A DNA stretch of 32,193 nt from Patescibacteria group bacterium (GTDB taxonomy: Bacteria > Patescibacteriota > Patescibacteriia > JAACEG01), in contig JAYEJQ010000073.1 in NCBI GenBank assembly GCA_034660735.1, positions 1 through 32,193 on the forward strand, read 5' to 3'. Position 1 is the stretch's first letter. Each line of letters starts with the position of its first letter. The notes under the pieces were generated by a model. It had not been told where the DNA came from. It did not search any database and worked only from the letters and a program-made list of their open reading frames with translations. The position numbers and the translations under genes were made by a program. Below are positions 17,474 to 26,127 of the stretch, piece after piece.

Positions 17474-18061
17474 TTAGTTAAATTTTAATGCGTTAATTCC
17501 TATATTTTTTAATGCGCAATAAAGCTTATTAATTGGCAAACCAACAATTGAATAAAAATCACCATTAATACTTTCAATTAAAACAGTTGCTCTATCTTGT
17601 AATCCATAACCGCCTGCTTTATCTAAAAATTCATTTATATTAAGATAATCCTCTATCTCATTATCGCTTAAATTTTTAAATTTAATTTTTGCCTCGCCAA
17701 AATCATTAATAATAATTTTATTTTTTATATCAATAACTGCAAAACCGCTCACGACCTTATGTTCATTTCCTGAAAATTTTTCTAACATTTTTTTTGCGTC
17801 TTCTCTATTCTTTGGCTTACCTATAAATTTATTTTTATAAATTATAAAAGTGTCAGCGCCTATAATAATAGCGTCATCATAATAACTCGCCACTTTTTCT
17901 GCTTTTTTTAGCGCTAAAAACTTTGCTAATTCATACGGATTACTGCATGCTTGCATATCTTCTTTATATTTACTCTCTCTAATCTTAAAACGCAAACCCA
18001 TCTGTTTTAATAGTTGTTTTCGTCTAAAAGACTTTGACGCTAAAATTATTTTTTTTGACAT
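17474..18061 (-). CDS. maf: Maf family nucleoside triphosphate pyrophosphatase
   Basis: IILASKSFRRKQLL, IIGADT, GKP, DKAGGYGLQ, GDFYSIVGLP. Confidence 0.93.
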   Translation of the reverse strand: MSKKIILASKSFRRKQLLKQMGLRFKIRESKYKEDMQACSNPYELAKFLALKKAEKVASYYDDAIIIGADTFIIYKNKFIGKPKNREDAKKMLEKFSGNEHKVVSGFAVIDIKNKIIINDFGEAKIKFKNLSDNEIEDYLNINEFLDKAGGYGLQDRATVLIESINGDFYSIVGLPINKLYCALKNIGINALKFN

Positions 18062-18079
18062 AATTATCTTATTAATTGA

Positions 18080-19150
18080 TTAAACTTTGTTATATTTCCC
18101 AAGCTCTTTTTTGAAAAAATCAACAAAAGGTATCGGCGACGGGTTGATATTATTCAGCATTGCTAAATAAAAACTGATATAACTTCCCAAAATCAACATT
18201 TCAAAAGACTGTAAAAATTTTGTTTTAGACGAAAGATTATATTCTATAAATTTTATCTTATTTTTTTTTAAAACTTGTTGCATAACTTTATACCTTATCT
18301 GATTTCGCTTATCGTATAATTTAGAATTAAAAAAAACAAAAAACAAATTTTTATGGTTTGATTTCGGATTTGGCAATCCCTCTAATAGATGATGACAAAT
18401 TTCAGGAATACTAAACCATTTAGAAAAATTTTTAGCGTTTTCATTTATCTGATTACTAAAAGCGTGCGCGTTGCCTGATAAAAATTCCGAAGCGATAATA
18501 ACTGAAATTTTTTGTTCAATTTTCTTGCTTATTTTTAAAGCCGCGCTATTTTTATTGTTAAAGCTGAATTTTTCGCTAAAATCCTCCAAATTTTTTATAA
18601 TCTGCTTAACTTCAATATCTTTAATGCTAATTATTCCTATTTTCCGCAATAAAAGTAACTGGCTAAAAATTGAATACCCAAGCCCAATTCTTGGCTCGTT
18701 GCAAGAATTATGCTCTGGATTAAAAATATAAGATGGAATATTATATTTTTTAGATATTTCTTTTAATTTACCTCCCGAAGCGATAATAAACATTTTCGCG
18801 TTTCTTTTTCTGCCTTCCTCAAAAGCTGACAAAGTCTCTTCAGTGTTCCCAGAATAACTTGAAATAATTAAAAACGTCCTTTTATCAATGTAAGCAGGAA
18901 GATGATAACTGTTTACTATTTCAACTGGAAATTTTAATTCATTTTTAAAAATTGACTTAATAATATGCGCGCCTAACCCAGACCCGCCCATTCCGCTAAC
19001 AACGATATTCTGAATTTTTTTATAATCAGCCGCTATTTTTATATTTTTCCATTCATTAAAAACCTGTTCGCACTGCAAAGAAAGCTTTTTTATAGAACTA
19101 TGCATATCCTGCTTGTCTAAATTCTTGATGATTTTTAAATTTATGCTCAT
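18080..19150 (-). CDS. Bifunctional phosphoglucose/phosphomannose isomerase (SIS domain, archaeal-type PGI/PMI)
   Basis: SGMGGSG, SSYSGNTEETL, ASGGKL, PR, QINENAK, PEICHHLLEG, final K helix. Confidence 0.88.
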   Translation of the reverse strand: MSINLKIIKNLDKQDMHSSIKKLSLQCEQVFNEWKNIKIAADYKKIQNIVVSGMGGSGLGAHIIKSIFKNELKFPVEIVNSYHLPAYIDKRTFLIISSYSGNTEETLSAFEEGRKRNAKMFIIASGGKLKEISKKYNIPSYIFNPEHNSCNEPRIGLGYSIFSQLLLLRKIGIISIKDIEVKQIIKNLEDFSEKFSFNNKNSAALKISKKIEQKISVIIASEFLSGNAHAFSNQINENAKNFSKWFSIPEICHHLLEGLPNPKSNHKNLFFVFFNSKLYDKRNQIRYKVMQQVLKKNKIKFIEYNLSSKTKFLQSFEMLILGSYISFYLAMLNNINPSPIPFVDFFKKELGKYNKV

Positions 19151-19169
19151 AAATTTTAAAAATAAAAAG

Positions 19170-20741
19170 TTAAAAAATAATATTAGTAGGATAATCTAAA
19201 ATTATCTCGCCATTTTCATAAAAATTATTTTTATCTCTAGCATATCGGTAATCCTTATTTTTTGGTACTTCAAATGTATCAATATCTGCGTCCTTAATAA
19301 TATTTGTTTTATAATAAACATTGTTTTTATCTTTAGTGTAATAGATCCCAACCACCTCAAAAGAACCAGGATCAGCTTCTGGAATTAAAATTTCTTTATG
19401 AAAAACAGAATTATAATTTTTTGAATATCTATTTGGCAAAAATTGAAACCCAGTTATATCAATATGCTCTAATTTCAATTCATTTTTATATACATAATGC
19501 TTATCCTTGCTAAAATCCCCGCCTAAATAAATTATAGTTTCTGGATCAGCGCCATTAATAATTTTCTCACGATAATAAACATTATTATTATCTTTCATTA
19601 AAGAATAACCAAAAAAAGTTTGTTTATAATACCCAAAAAGTTGAGAGCGAATATCACATATTATCGGAACAAATGAATCTTCGTCGGCTTCTTTAATTAA
19701 AATACTATTAAAAAAAACATCGTCTTTATCTTTGGAATAAGGATAACAATTTGGAATTGCCGTAATAGTATTCGGGTCTGCCATAGATACAATCTTGCCA
19801 AAAATATCATACACATTTTTTTGATCAATAAAATAATAAAAAATATAATAAGAATCATCTCTTATGGACATAATTAAATCAAAAGTTTTACTGTCAATAT
19901 TCTTATAAACAATTTTTCCTTTGTCGTATATGTGATTATCATCCTTTGCGTAACGATAATGGATAACTTCAAAACTATCTAAATCTGGATTCTCTAATTC
20001 AATATTAACTTTTTCTTTATAGATTATTTTATCCCCAATTTTTTTATACCCTAAGTCTCCATATCTCTCCTGATAATCATTATACCTCCAATCCAAACTT
20101 ACTAAATCTTCTTTAATAAAATCTTTTGCAATATTATCAATATCTCTATTACTAATCCCAAGTCCTAAAAATCTCATAACATTAAAAGCGGACATAGGAA
20201 AACCTAAAAAATATCTTTTATTATTATCAGGATTAACATACCATGCTTCTCCAGCATTCTCAACTTGCAGTAATATCTTTCCTGCTTGTTTTTTCGCAAA
20301 ATCCGTATCCCAATTTAATTTACCAGCGCCAATAGGATTATACCCGTTTAATATTTCGCTTTTATCACTAATGCCATCGCCATCAGAATCGCTTAAATTT
20401 CTATTCGTGCCAAAGGCAGATTCAAAATAAAACGATAATCCGTCGTTATCGTCGTCGCAACAAGTAGACATATTCATTTCCGCTACTGGAATTTTTTCTA
20501 AATCGCTATTGCTAATTCCCAATCCAAGCGTTTGCATTAAATTAAAAGCGTCTTTGGGGCGACCCAAATAATGGCGTTTCAATGTATTAGGATTGACATA
20601 CCATGCTTCGCCAGCCTTTTCAACTTCAAGTAAAATTTTACCCTTTAATGAATTTGCTAAATCTTCCGCTCTAACAATGTTACAATTTGCTAAAACACAC
20701 ATAACAATAAAACAAACAAAAAATGATTTTTTGTTGAACAT
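19170..20741 (-). CDS. Secreted/surface protein: duplicated GKILLxVE..GEAWYVNP domain, DxDxDG Ca-binding-like motifs, C-terminal DKNYY-type repeats
   Basis: Signal peptide (VRA-ED), two ~55-aa internal repeats, DDDNDG and DSDGDG motifs, and repeated AD..SF.....Y.KDKNNVY units. Confidence 0.75.
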   Translation of the reverse strand: MFNKKSFFVCFIVMCVLANCNIVRAEDLANSLKGKILLEVEKAGEAWYVNPNTLKRHYLGRPKDAFNLMQTLGLGISNSDLEKIPVAEMNMSTCCDDDNDGLSFYFESAFGTNRNLSDSDGDGISDKSEILNGYNPIGAGKLNWDTDFAKKQAGKILLQVENAGEAWYVNPDNNKRYFLGFPMSAFNVMRFLGLGISNRDIDNIAKDFIKEDLVSLDWRYNDYQERYGDLGYKKIGDKIIYKEKVNIELENPDLDSFEVIHYRYAKDDNHIYDKGKIVYKNIDSKTFDLIMSIRDDSYYIFYYFIDQKNVYDIFGKIVSMADPNTITAIPNCYPYSKDKDDVFFNSILIKEADEDSFVPIICDIRSQLFGYYKQTFFGYSLMKDNNNVYYREKIINGADPETIIYLGGDFSKDKHYVYKNELKLEHIDITGFQFLPNRYSKNYNSVFHKEILIPEADPGSFEVVGIYYTKDKNNVYYKTNIIKDADIDTFEVPKNKDYRYARDKNNFYENGEIILDYPTNIIF

Positions 20742-20862
20742 ATTTTTATCTTTAAAATAATTATTTTAATAATAACATACAATCCATAACGTTGTCCAGC
20801 ATAATAATTAGTAAATTTTAATTATTGCTGATATAATAATAAAGTAATAAACTTAAAAAATT

Positions 20863-21975
20863 ATGAAAAAAATTTTACTATTAGTATTACTAACGAATTT
20901 ATTATTTTTGCCAGCAATAGCGTCAGATAAAAAAAATCCGATTACTTCTTACGAAAAAGCTAAGATATTAAAAATTAAAAACGAAACAATAAAAACAGAT
21001 AAAAACAGCGACGAGCCGACAAGCGGAAATATTATTTTTACTGATATTCAAAAAATAAAAATAGAAATATTAAGCGGAAAACACAAAAACGAAATAAAAA
21101 TTATAGAAAACAGTCTATCTAATAATCCGATGGACATTAAAATCGCGGAAGGCGATAAAATTTTGGTATATTTGGAAGAATACGGTCAAAACGAATATTC
21201 GGTTCAAATCCAAGGATTTTATGTTTTTAATAAACTTATCTTTTTTATTGCGCTATTTTTCTGTTTTTTGATAATAATAGGCGGAAAGCAAGGGCTTAAA
21301 GCGATCGTGAGTTTGATTATCTCTGTTTGGATTATTCTAAAAATTTTTATTCCGCAAGCGCTAACAGGATTTAACCCTATCTCGCTCGCTTTAATTACCG
21401 CGATTGCTATAACATTTATATCGCTTACATTAATAAGCGGATTTAAGAAAAAGACTTTTTCTGCTATTTCGGGAACAATAAGCGGGTTGATTATAGCTGC
21501 CATATTCGCGATAATTGCTGGAAAATTAACTCATCTAAACGGATTGTCTAATGAAAACGCCAGAACCTTATTTTCGCAATTCCCTAATCTTAATTTCAGC
21601 GGACTGCTGTTTGCGGGGATTATTATCGGAGCGCTAGGCGCTGTGATGGATGTTGCTATGTCTATCTCTTCGTCAATTTCTGAAGTTAAAAAAGCTCATC
21701 CTGAAATCGGTAAATACAAACTTATAAAATCTGGAATGACTGTTGGAAAAGATATTATGGGAACAATGTCTAACACTCTTATTTTTGCCTACACTGGATC
21801 TTCTATTTTTTTACTGCTCCTTTTTAGCCAATACGGCGAATCCTATATGAAATTTTTAAACTTTAATTTTGTAGCTGAAGAAATTATTAGATCAATCGCT
21901 GGCAGTATTGGGCTTATTCTAACTGTCCCGCTAACAGCAATTATCGCTGGGTATTTAGAGAACAAAACAAAATAA
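20863..21975 (+). CDS. YibE/F family membrane protein
   Basis: Signal peptide, soluble N-domain, many TMs. GIIIGALGAVMDVAMSISS, GKDIMGTMSNTLIFAYTG, EEIIRSIAGSIGL. Confidence 0.92.
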   Translation: MKKILLLVLLTNLLFLPAIASDKKNPITSYEKAKILKIKNETIKTDKNSDEPTSGNIIFTDIQKIKIEILSGKHKNEIKIIENSLSNNPMDIKIAEGDKILVYLEEYGQNEYSVQIQGFYVFNKLIFFIALFFCFLIIIGGKQGLKAIVSLIISVWIILKIFIPQALTGFNPISLALITAIAITFISLTLISGFKKKTFSAISGTISGLIIAAIFAIIAGKLTHLNGLSNENARTLFSQFPNLNFSGLLFAGIIIGALGAVMDVAMSISSSISEVKKAHPEIGKYKLIKSGMTVGKDIMGTMSNTLIFAYTGSSIFLLLLFSQYGESYMKFLNFNFVAEEIIRSIAGSIGLILTVPLTAIIAGYLENKTK

Positions 21976-22023
21976 TTGACAAAAACAGTTTATTAATATA
22001 TTATGAAATTATTAAATTCATAA
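21976..22023 (+). promoter_or_regulatory. Promoter and candidate operator of the AbrB-toxin operon
   Basis: TTGACA (21976-21981), 17 nt, TATTAT (21999-22004). Inverted repeat TTATGAA-N9-TTCATAA at 22001-22023 covers the predicted start site. Confidence 0.65.
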
Positions 22024-22035
22024 TTTAAAAAATTT

Positions 22036-22329
22036 ATGAGCAAAAATATAAATAAAAATTTAGTTAAATTAAAGAGGCATCATCAAATCACTATGCCGAG
22101 CAATCTATGTAAAAAATTTAATATTGGCGTTGGAGATTATATGGAAATTATAGACAAAGGCAGCGAAATTGTTATTAAACCAGTTAAAATAGTTAATCCT
22201 AATCAAGCGTATTTTTACACTAAAGAATGGCAGAAAGAAAAAGCTGAAATTGATAGAGAAATTGCCAACGGCGAGGTTGTCGGTCCTTTTAAATGCGCTG
22301 ATGATTTAATTAAAGAATTAGAAAACTAA
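22036..22329 (+). CDS. AbrB/MazE/SpoVT family antitoxin
   Basis: QITMPSNLCKKFNIGVGDYMEI...IVIKP swapped-hairpin motif and acidic tail (QAYFYTKEWQ...GPFKCADDLIKEL). Confidence 0.88.
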   Translation: MSKNINKNLVKLKRHHQITMPSNLCKKFNIGVGDYMEIIDKGSEIVIKPVKIVNPNQAYFYTKEWQKEKAEIDREIANGEVVGPFKCADDLIKELEN

Positions 22330-22337
22330 ATTTTTAT

Positions 22338-22595
22338 ATGAATTTTTACAGAACTGAAAAATTTAAAAAAAAATATAAAAAATTGCCAAAACGAATAAGA
22401 GAAGCAACAAAAAAACAACTAATATTTTTATCATCTAACTCGCGCCATCCGTCTTTAAATATAAAAAAAATGAATAATTCTCGCGATATTTGGGAAAGAC
22501 GGATTACAGAATCTTACCGCTTTACTTTTCAAATAAAACAAAACTTATGTATTTTAAGAAATATAGGCTCTCATAATATTTTAAAAAAACCTTAA
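22338..22595 (+). CDS. RelE/ParE-superfamily toxin
   Basis: Basic 85 aa. TEKFKKKYKKL, HPSLNIKKM, IWERRIT..YRFTF, LRNIGSH. Directly follows the antitoxin. Confidence 0.85.
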   Translation: MNFYRTEKFKKKYKKLPKRIREATKKQLIFLSSNSRHPSLNIKKMNNSRDIWERRITESYRFTFQIKQNLCILRNIGSHNILKKP

Positions 22596-22597
22596 TA

Positions 22598-22620
22598 TAG
22601 ACTTGTTGCGTAATAAATTT
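22598..22620 (+). mobile_element. Solo copy of the 23-bp MITE terminal repeat
   Basis: TAGACTTGTTGCGTAATAAATTT, identical to 15340-15362. No partner TIR nearby. Confidence 0.85.
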
Positions 22621-22629
22621 TTGCTTTAA

Positions 22630-22792
22630 TTTTATGGCGATTATTTTAAGGGACTAAAATATTATAATAATTTATCAAACGGCAATAGTAAAAATTCTCT
22701 TGTAATCTACGGCGGAAATTTAAAACAAAAAAAGAAGCGAGGGAAATGTCTTGGGCTGGAAATATTTGCGCGATGAAATTGAAAAAATATAA
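22630..22792 (+). pseudogene. 3' remnant of a probable AAA_14/DUF4143-type ATP-binding protein gene
   Basis: Reads DYFKGLKYYNNLSNGNSKNSLVIYGGNLKQK, then (after a +1 slip in A7 at 22727-22733) RSEGNVLGWKYLRDEIEKI*. No start codon. Family assignment is from motif recollection. Confidence 0.55.
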
Positions 22793-22883
22793 TTTTTATA
22801 TTTTAAATATGGATAATAATTTTAATGAACAACTAAAAAAAGCGCTAAAATTTTTATCTAAATAACTTAAAATAAACAACTCT

Positions 22884-24407
22884 ATGCAATACGACATTAT
22901 TATTGGGATGGAGATTCATGCCCAGTTAAAAACAAAATCTAAAATGTTCTGCTCTTGCGCTAACGACGGCGAAAATAAAAAGCCGAACACTACAATTTGC
23001 GAAATCTGCACAGCGCAGCCGGGAACATTGCCTGTTATAAATAAAAAGGCTGTTGAATGGACAATTTTGACAGGGCTTGCTGTTAATTGTGAAATTTCTG
23101 ATTTCACAAAATTTGACCGCAAAAATTATTTTTATCCAGACCTGCCGAAAGGATACCAAATTTCACAATACGATCTTCCAATTTCGCTAAACGGATTTTT
23201 AAACATAAACGAAAAAAAAATCAAGATCATACGAATTCATTTAGAGGAAGATACTGGAAAACTGCTGCATCCTCAAAACGCGAATTACAGTTTAGTGGAT
23301 TATAACCGCGCTGGAACGCCTTTAATGGAACTTGTAACAGCGCCTGATATTACAAACGCGGAAGACGCTAAAAATTTCTGCCAAGAATACCAAAAAATCC
23401 TCCGCTATCTTAATGTTTCAGACGCTAATATGGAAAAAGGACAGATGCGATGTGAAGCAAATATTTCACTTCAAGAAAAAGGCAGATGGAAAAAATCAAA
23501 AGATGAGATCAAACCGCTTGGCGATTATAAATTAAACCCAAAAATTGAATTAAAAAACATTAATTCTTTTAAAGCAATGGAGCGAGCCGTAAACTATGAA
23601 ATAAAAAGGCAGACAAAAATATTAAATGAAAGCGGAAAACTAATACAGGAAACGCGAGGATGGAATGACAGCAGCGGACGGACTTATCATCAGCGTGAGA
23701 AAGAGTCAGCCCACGATTACCGCTATTTCCCAGAACCAGATCTGCCTCCGCTCACTTTAACTGAATTAAAAGAAAAAATGCGCGCGAAAATTCCCGAACT
23801 TCCGCAAAAAAAATCAGAAAGATTTATGGCGGAATACGGCTTTAATAAAATTGACGCCGATTTTATTGTTATTGATGAAAATTTAGCGAATTATATTGAA
23901 CAGGTTATTTCTGAATTTAGAGCGTGGATAAAAACCGCGAATAATGCTAAAAAAATTCAAGGCGACATTTGGGAAACTCAGCGAAAAGATATAATCAAAT
24001 CAATCTCTAACTGGCTTATTAATAGATTGGGAGGGATGATGAAAACAGATAATATCACTATTTCAGAAATAAAAATCACTCCTGAAAATTTCGCTGAATT
24101 CCTCGCTCTTATTTTTCAAAACAAAATTAACGGCGCGTCTGGAATGAAAATTTTAGAAATAATGCTCAAACAAGGCAAAGACCCTTCTGATATTCTTGAC
24201 AGCGGAGATTTTGAGCAAATACAGGACAAATCTGGATTAAATAAAATTATTGAAAAAATCATCAGCGAAAATCCAAAAATTGTTGAGCAATACAAAGGAG
24301 GAAAAACTAATGTAATACAATTCTTAATCGGACAAGCGATGAGAGAGACAAAAGGAAAAGCAGATCCAGCGATTATTAAGGAAATATTAACTAATTGTCT
24401 TTCATAA
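22884..24407 (+). CDS. gatB: Asp-tRNA(Asn)/Glu-tRNA(Gln) amidotransferase subunit B
   Basis: IGMEIHAQL, FDRKNYFYPDLPKGYQISQ, IHLEEDTGK, DYNRAGTPLMELVT, DYRYFPEPDLPP, GKADP. Confidence 0.98.
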   Translation: MQYDIIIGMEIHAQLKTKSKMFCSCANDGENKKPNTTICEICTAQPGTLPVINKKAVEWTILTGLAVNCEISDFTKFDRKNYFYPDLPKGYQISQYDLPISLNGFLNINEKKIKIIRIHLEEDTGKLLHPQNANYSLVDYNRAGTPLMELVTAPDITNAEDAKNFCQEYQKILRYLNVSDANMEKGQMRCEANISLQEKGRWKKSKDEIKPLGDYKLNPKIELKNINSFKAMERAVNYEIKRQTKILNESGKLIQETRGWNDSSGRTYHQREKESAHDYRYFPEPDLPPLTLTELKEKMRAKIPELPQKKSERFMAEYGFNKIDADFIVIDENLANYIEQVISEFRAWIKTANNAKKIQGDIWETQRKDIIKSISNWLINRLGGMMKTDNITISEIKITPENFAEFLALIFQNKINGASGMKILEIMLKQGKDPSDILDSGDFEQIQDKSGLNKIIEKIISENPKIVEQYKGGKTNVIQFLIGQAMRETKGKADPAIIKEILTNCLS

Positions 24408-24486
24408 CAATAATTATAATAAACATAATTACTTTAAATTGAGAAATACAAAATATTGTCATCTATATGGAAGCCGACTAATTCGT

Positions 24487-24634
24487 TGTCATCCCGAACT
24501 TATTTCTGGATCTGTGTTTGACTGCTAACTAAATATTATTTAACAAAACAAACTATAAAATTTAAAGTTTTATTAGTCTTAATCATAATGTAGCGAATAG
24601 TAGCGACAGATCCTGAACTAAATTCAGGATGATA
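24487..24634. mobile_element. 148-bp non-autonomous palindromic element, type B, copy 2, nested in outer arms 24431-24688
   Basis: TGTCATCCCGAACTTATTTCTGGATCTGT...ACAGATCCTGAACTAAATTCAGGATGATA. Shares internal ATAATGTAGCGA with 17000-17144. Confidence 0.78.
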
Positions 24635-24689
24635 ATTTTAAAAATTCGGAATAACAGGCTATTTTAGAGTAATGTTTCGTAATTCAAAA

Positions 24690-24822
24690 TCAAATAATCA
24701 AAAATATAAAAATACAAAAAACAAAAAAATCTCAAATCCCAATATTCAAATCTCAAATGGTTTGTTTTTTGGAATTTGTAATTTTGAATTTGTTTGTACC
24801 TTGTCTCTTGTTTCTTGTCTTT
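24690..24822. repeat. Inverted pair of 7-mer tandem tracts
   Basis: Left AAATCTC AAATCCC AATATTC AAATCTC; right TTGGAAT TTGTAAT TTTGAAT ... TTGTCTC TTGTTTC TTGTCTT. 24768-24792 is a 24/25 inverted match to 30990-31014. Confidence 0.75.
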
Positions 24823-24832
24823 TAATTACATT

Positions 24833-26119
24833 ATGTCTATTATTCCTACAATAAAAACCGCGGTTGCCGCGATAATAACAAATAAAGTCAGGACCGCGCT
24901 GTCTGTTTTAGGTATAGTAATTGGAATCACAAGCGTTATTGTTGTATTTTCAGCTGGAGAAGGAATAAGTGGACTGGTAACTGGGCAGATTGAATCTTTC
25001 GGCGGATCTGATATAATTGAAACCGAAATTAAAGTTCCGAGTTCTAAAAAAGGCGGCAGCAGTGAAACGCAATCAGGCTTAAATTTAACCATGGGAGTTC
25101 AGATCACCACATTAACGCTTGATGATATGGATGACATAAACCGATTGCCGAATATAAAACGAAGTTATGCCGGAATTATGGGGCAAGAACAAATTTCATA
25201 CGGAAACGAATTGCGCAAAGCCATTCTATTCGGATCAACTTCCGATTTTATCAATATTGACCAAAGCGAAATAGATTACGGGAGATTTTTTACCAACACT
25301 GAAGATAAATCCTTGTCGCGCGTAGTAGTGCTCGGATATAAAATAAAAGAAAAATTGTTCGGCGATTCTGATCCAATAGGCCGTTACATAAAAATCCGAA
25401 AAAAAAAATTTAGGGTTATAGGAACTCTAAAAGAAAGGGGCGCGATAATGACTCTTGATTTTGACGATTTTGTTTATGTCCCAACCCGAACTTTGCAAAA
25501 AAAAATAATGGGCATAGACCATGTTCTCTTTATGATGCATCAAGTTAAAGATAAAGACTTAATCAGTAGCACTCAAGAACAGATGCGGTATCTTTTGCGA
25601 GAAAATCATAATCTTCCAAGCCAAAAAAAATTAACGGATTTTATGGGCGCGCCAAAGGATGATTTTCGCGTAGTTTCAATGACAGAATCAATGGAAATTA
25701 TGGACACAGTGACTAATGTTATAACTCTTTTATTATTAGCCATTGTCGCTATTTCTCTGATTGTCGGAGGGGTCGGGATTATGAATATTATGTATGTTAT
25801 CGTGAGCGAGCGGACGCCAGAAATCGGATTGCGAAAAGCGGTCGGAGCGAAATACTCAGACATAATGATTCAGTTTTTATTTGAATCAATTTTAATAACA
25901 GCTATCGGCGGAATTATTGGAATTATATTAGGAATTATTATCTCATTTTTAATATCTGTCGGCGCCAATTCATTCGGGCTTGACTGGGAGTTTAAAGTAC
26001 CGCTCAAAGCTTTTATAGTCGCTCTTGGATTTTCCGCTATATTTGGAATATCATTCGGCGTTTATCCAGCAAAAAAAGCGGCTAAATTAGATCCGATTAC
26101 CGCTCTAAGAAAGGAGTGA
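24833..26119 (+). CDS. MacB/FtsX-family ABC transporter permease
   Basis: NKVRTALSVLGIVIG, GRFF, VVVLG, ISLIVGGVGIMNIMYVIVSERTPEIGLRKAVGA, YPAKKAAKLDPITALR. Start moved to ATG 24833 because the upstream TTG lies in the repeat tract. Confidence 0.92.
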   Translation: MSIIPTIKTAVAAIITNKVRTALSVLGIVIGITSVIVVFSAGEGISGLVTGQIESFGGSDIIETEIKVPSSKKGGSSETQSGLNLTMGVQITTLTLDDMDDINRLPNIKRSYAGIMGQEQISYGNELRKAILFGSTSDFINIDQSEIDYGRFFTNTEDKSLSRVVVLGYKIKEKLFGDSDPIGRYIKIRKKKFRVIGTLKERGAIMTLDFDDFVYVPTRTLQKKIMGIDHVLFMMHQVKDKDLISSTQEQMRYLLRENHNLPSQKKLTDFMGAPKDDFRVVSMTESMEIMDTVTNVITLLLLAIVAISLIVGGVGIMNIMYVIVSERTPEIGLRKAVGAKYSDIMIQFLFESILITAIGGIIGIILGIIISFLISVGANSFGLDWEFKVPLKAFIVALGFSAIFGISFGVYPAKKAAKLDPITALRKE

Positions 26120-26127
26120 TTTATAAT

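Noticed and set aside
22809-22865. 18-codon ORF MDNNFNEQLKKALKFLSK before gatB, possibly the stub of another deleted gene
   Set aside because: Too short to support any assignment without a search.
24672-24854. 60-aa ORF and TTG start at 24794 for the permease
   Set aside because: Both are translations of the 7-mer repeat tract. ATG 24833 fits the family N-terminus.
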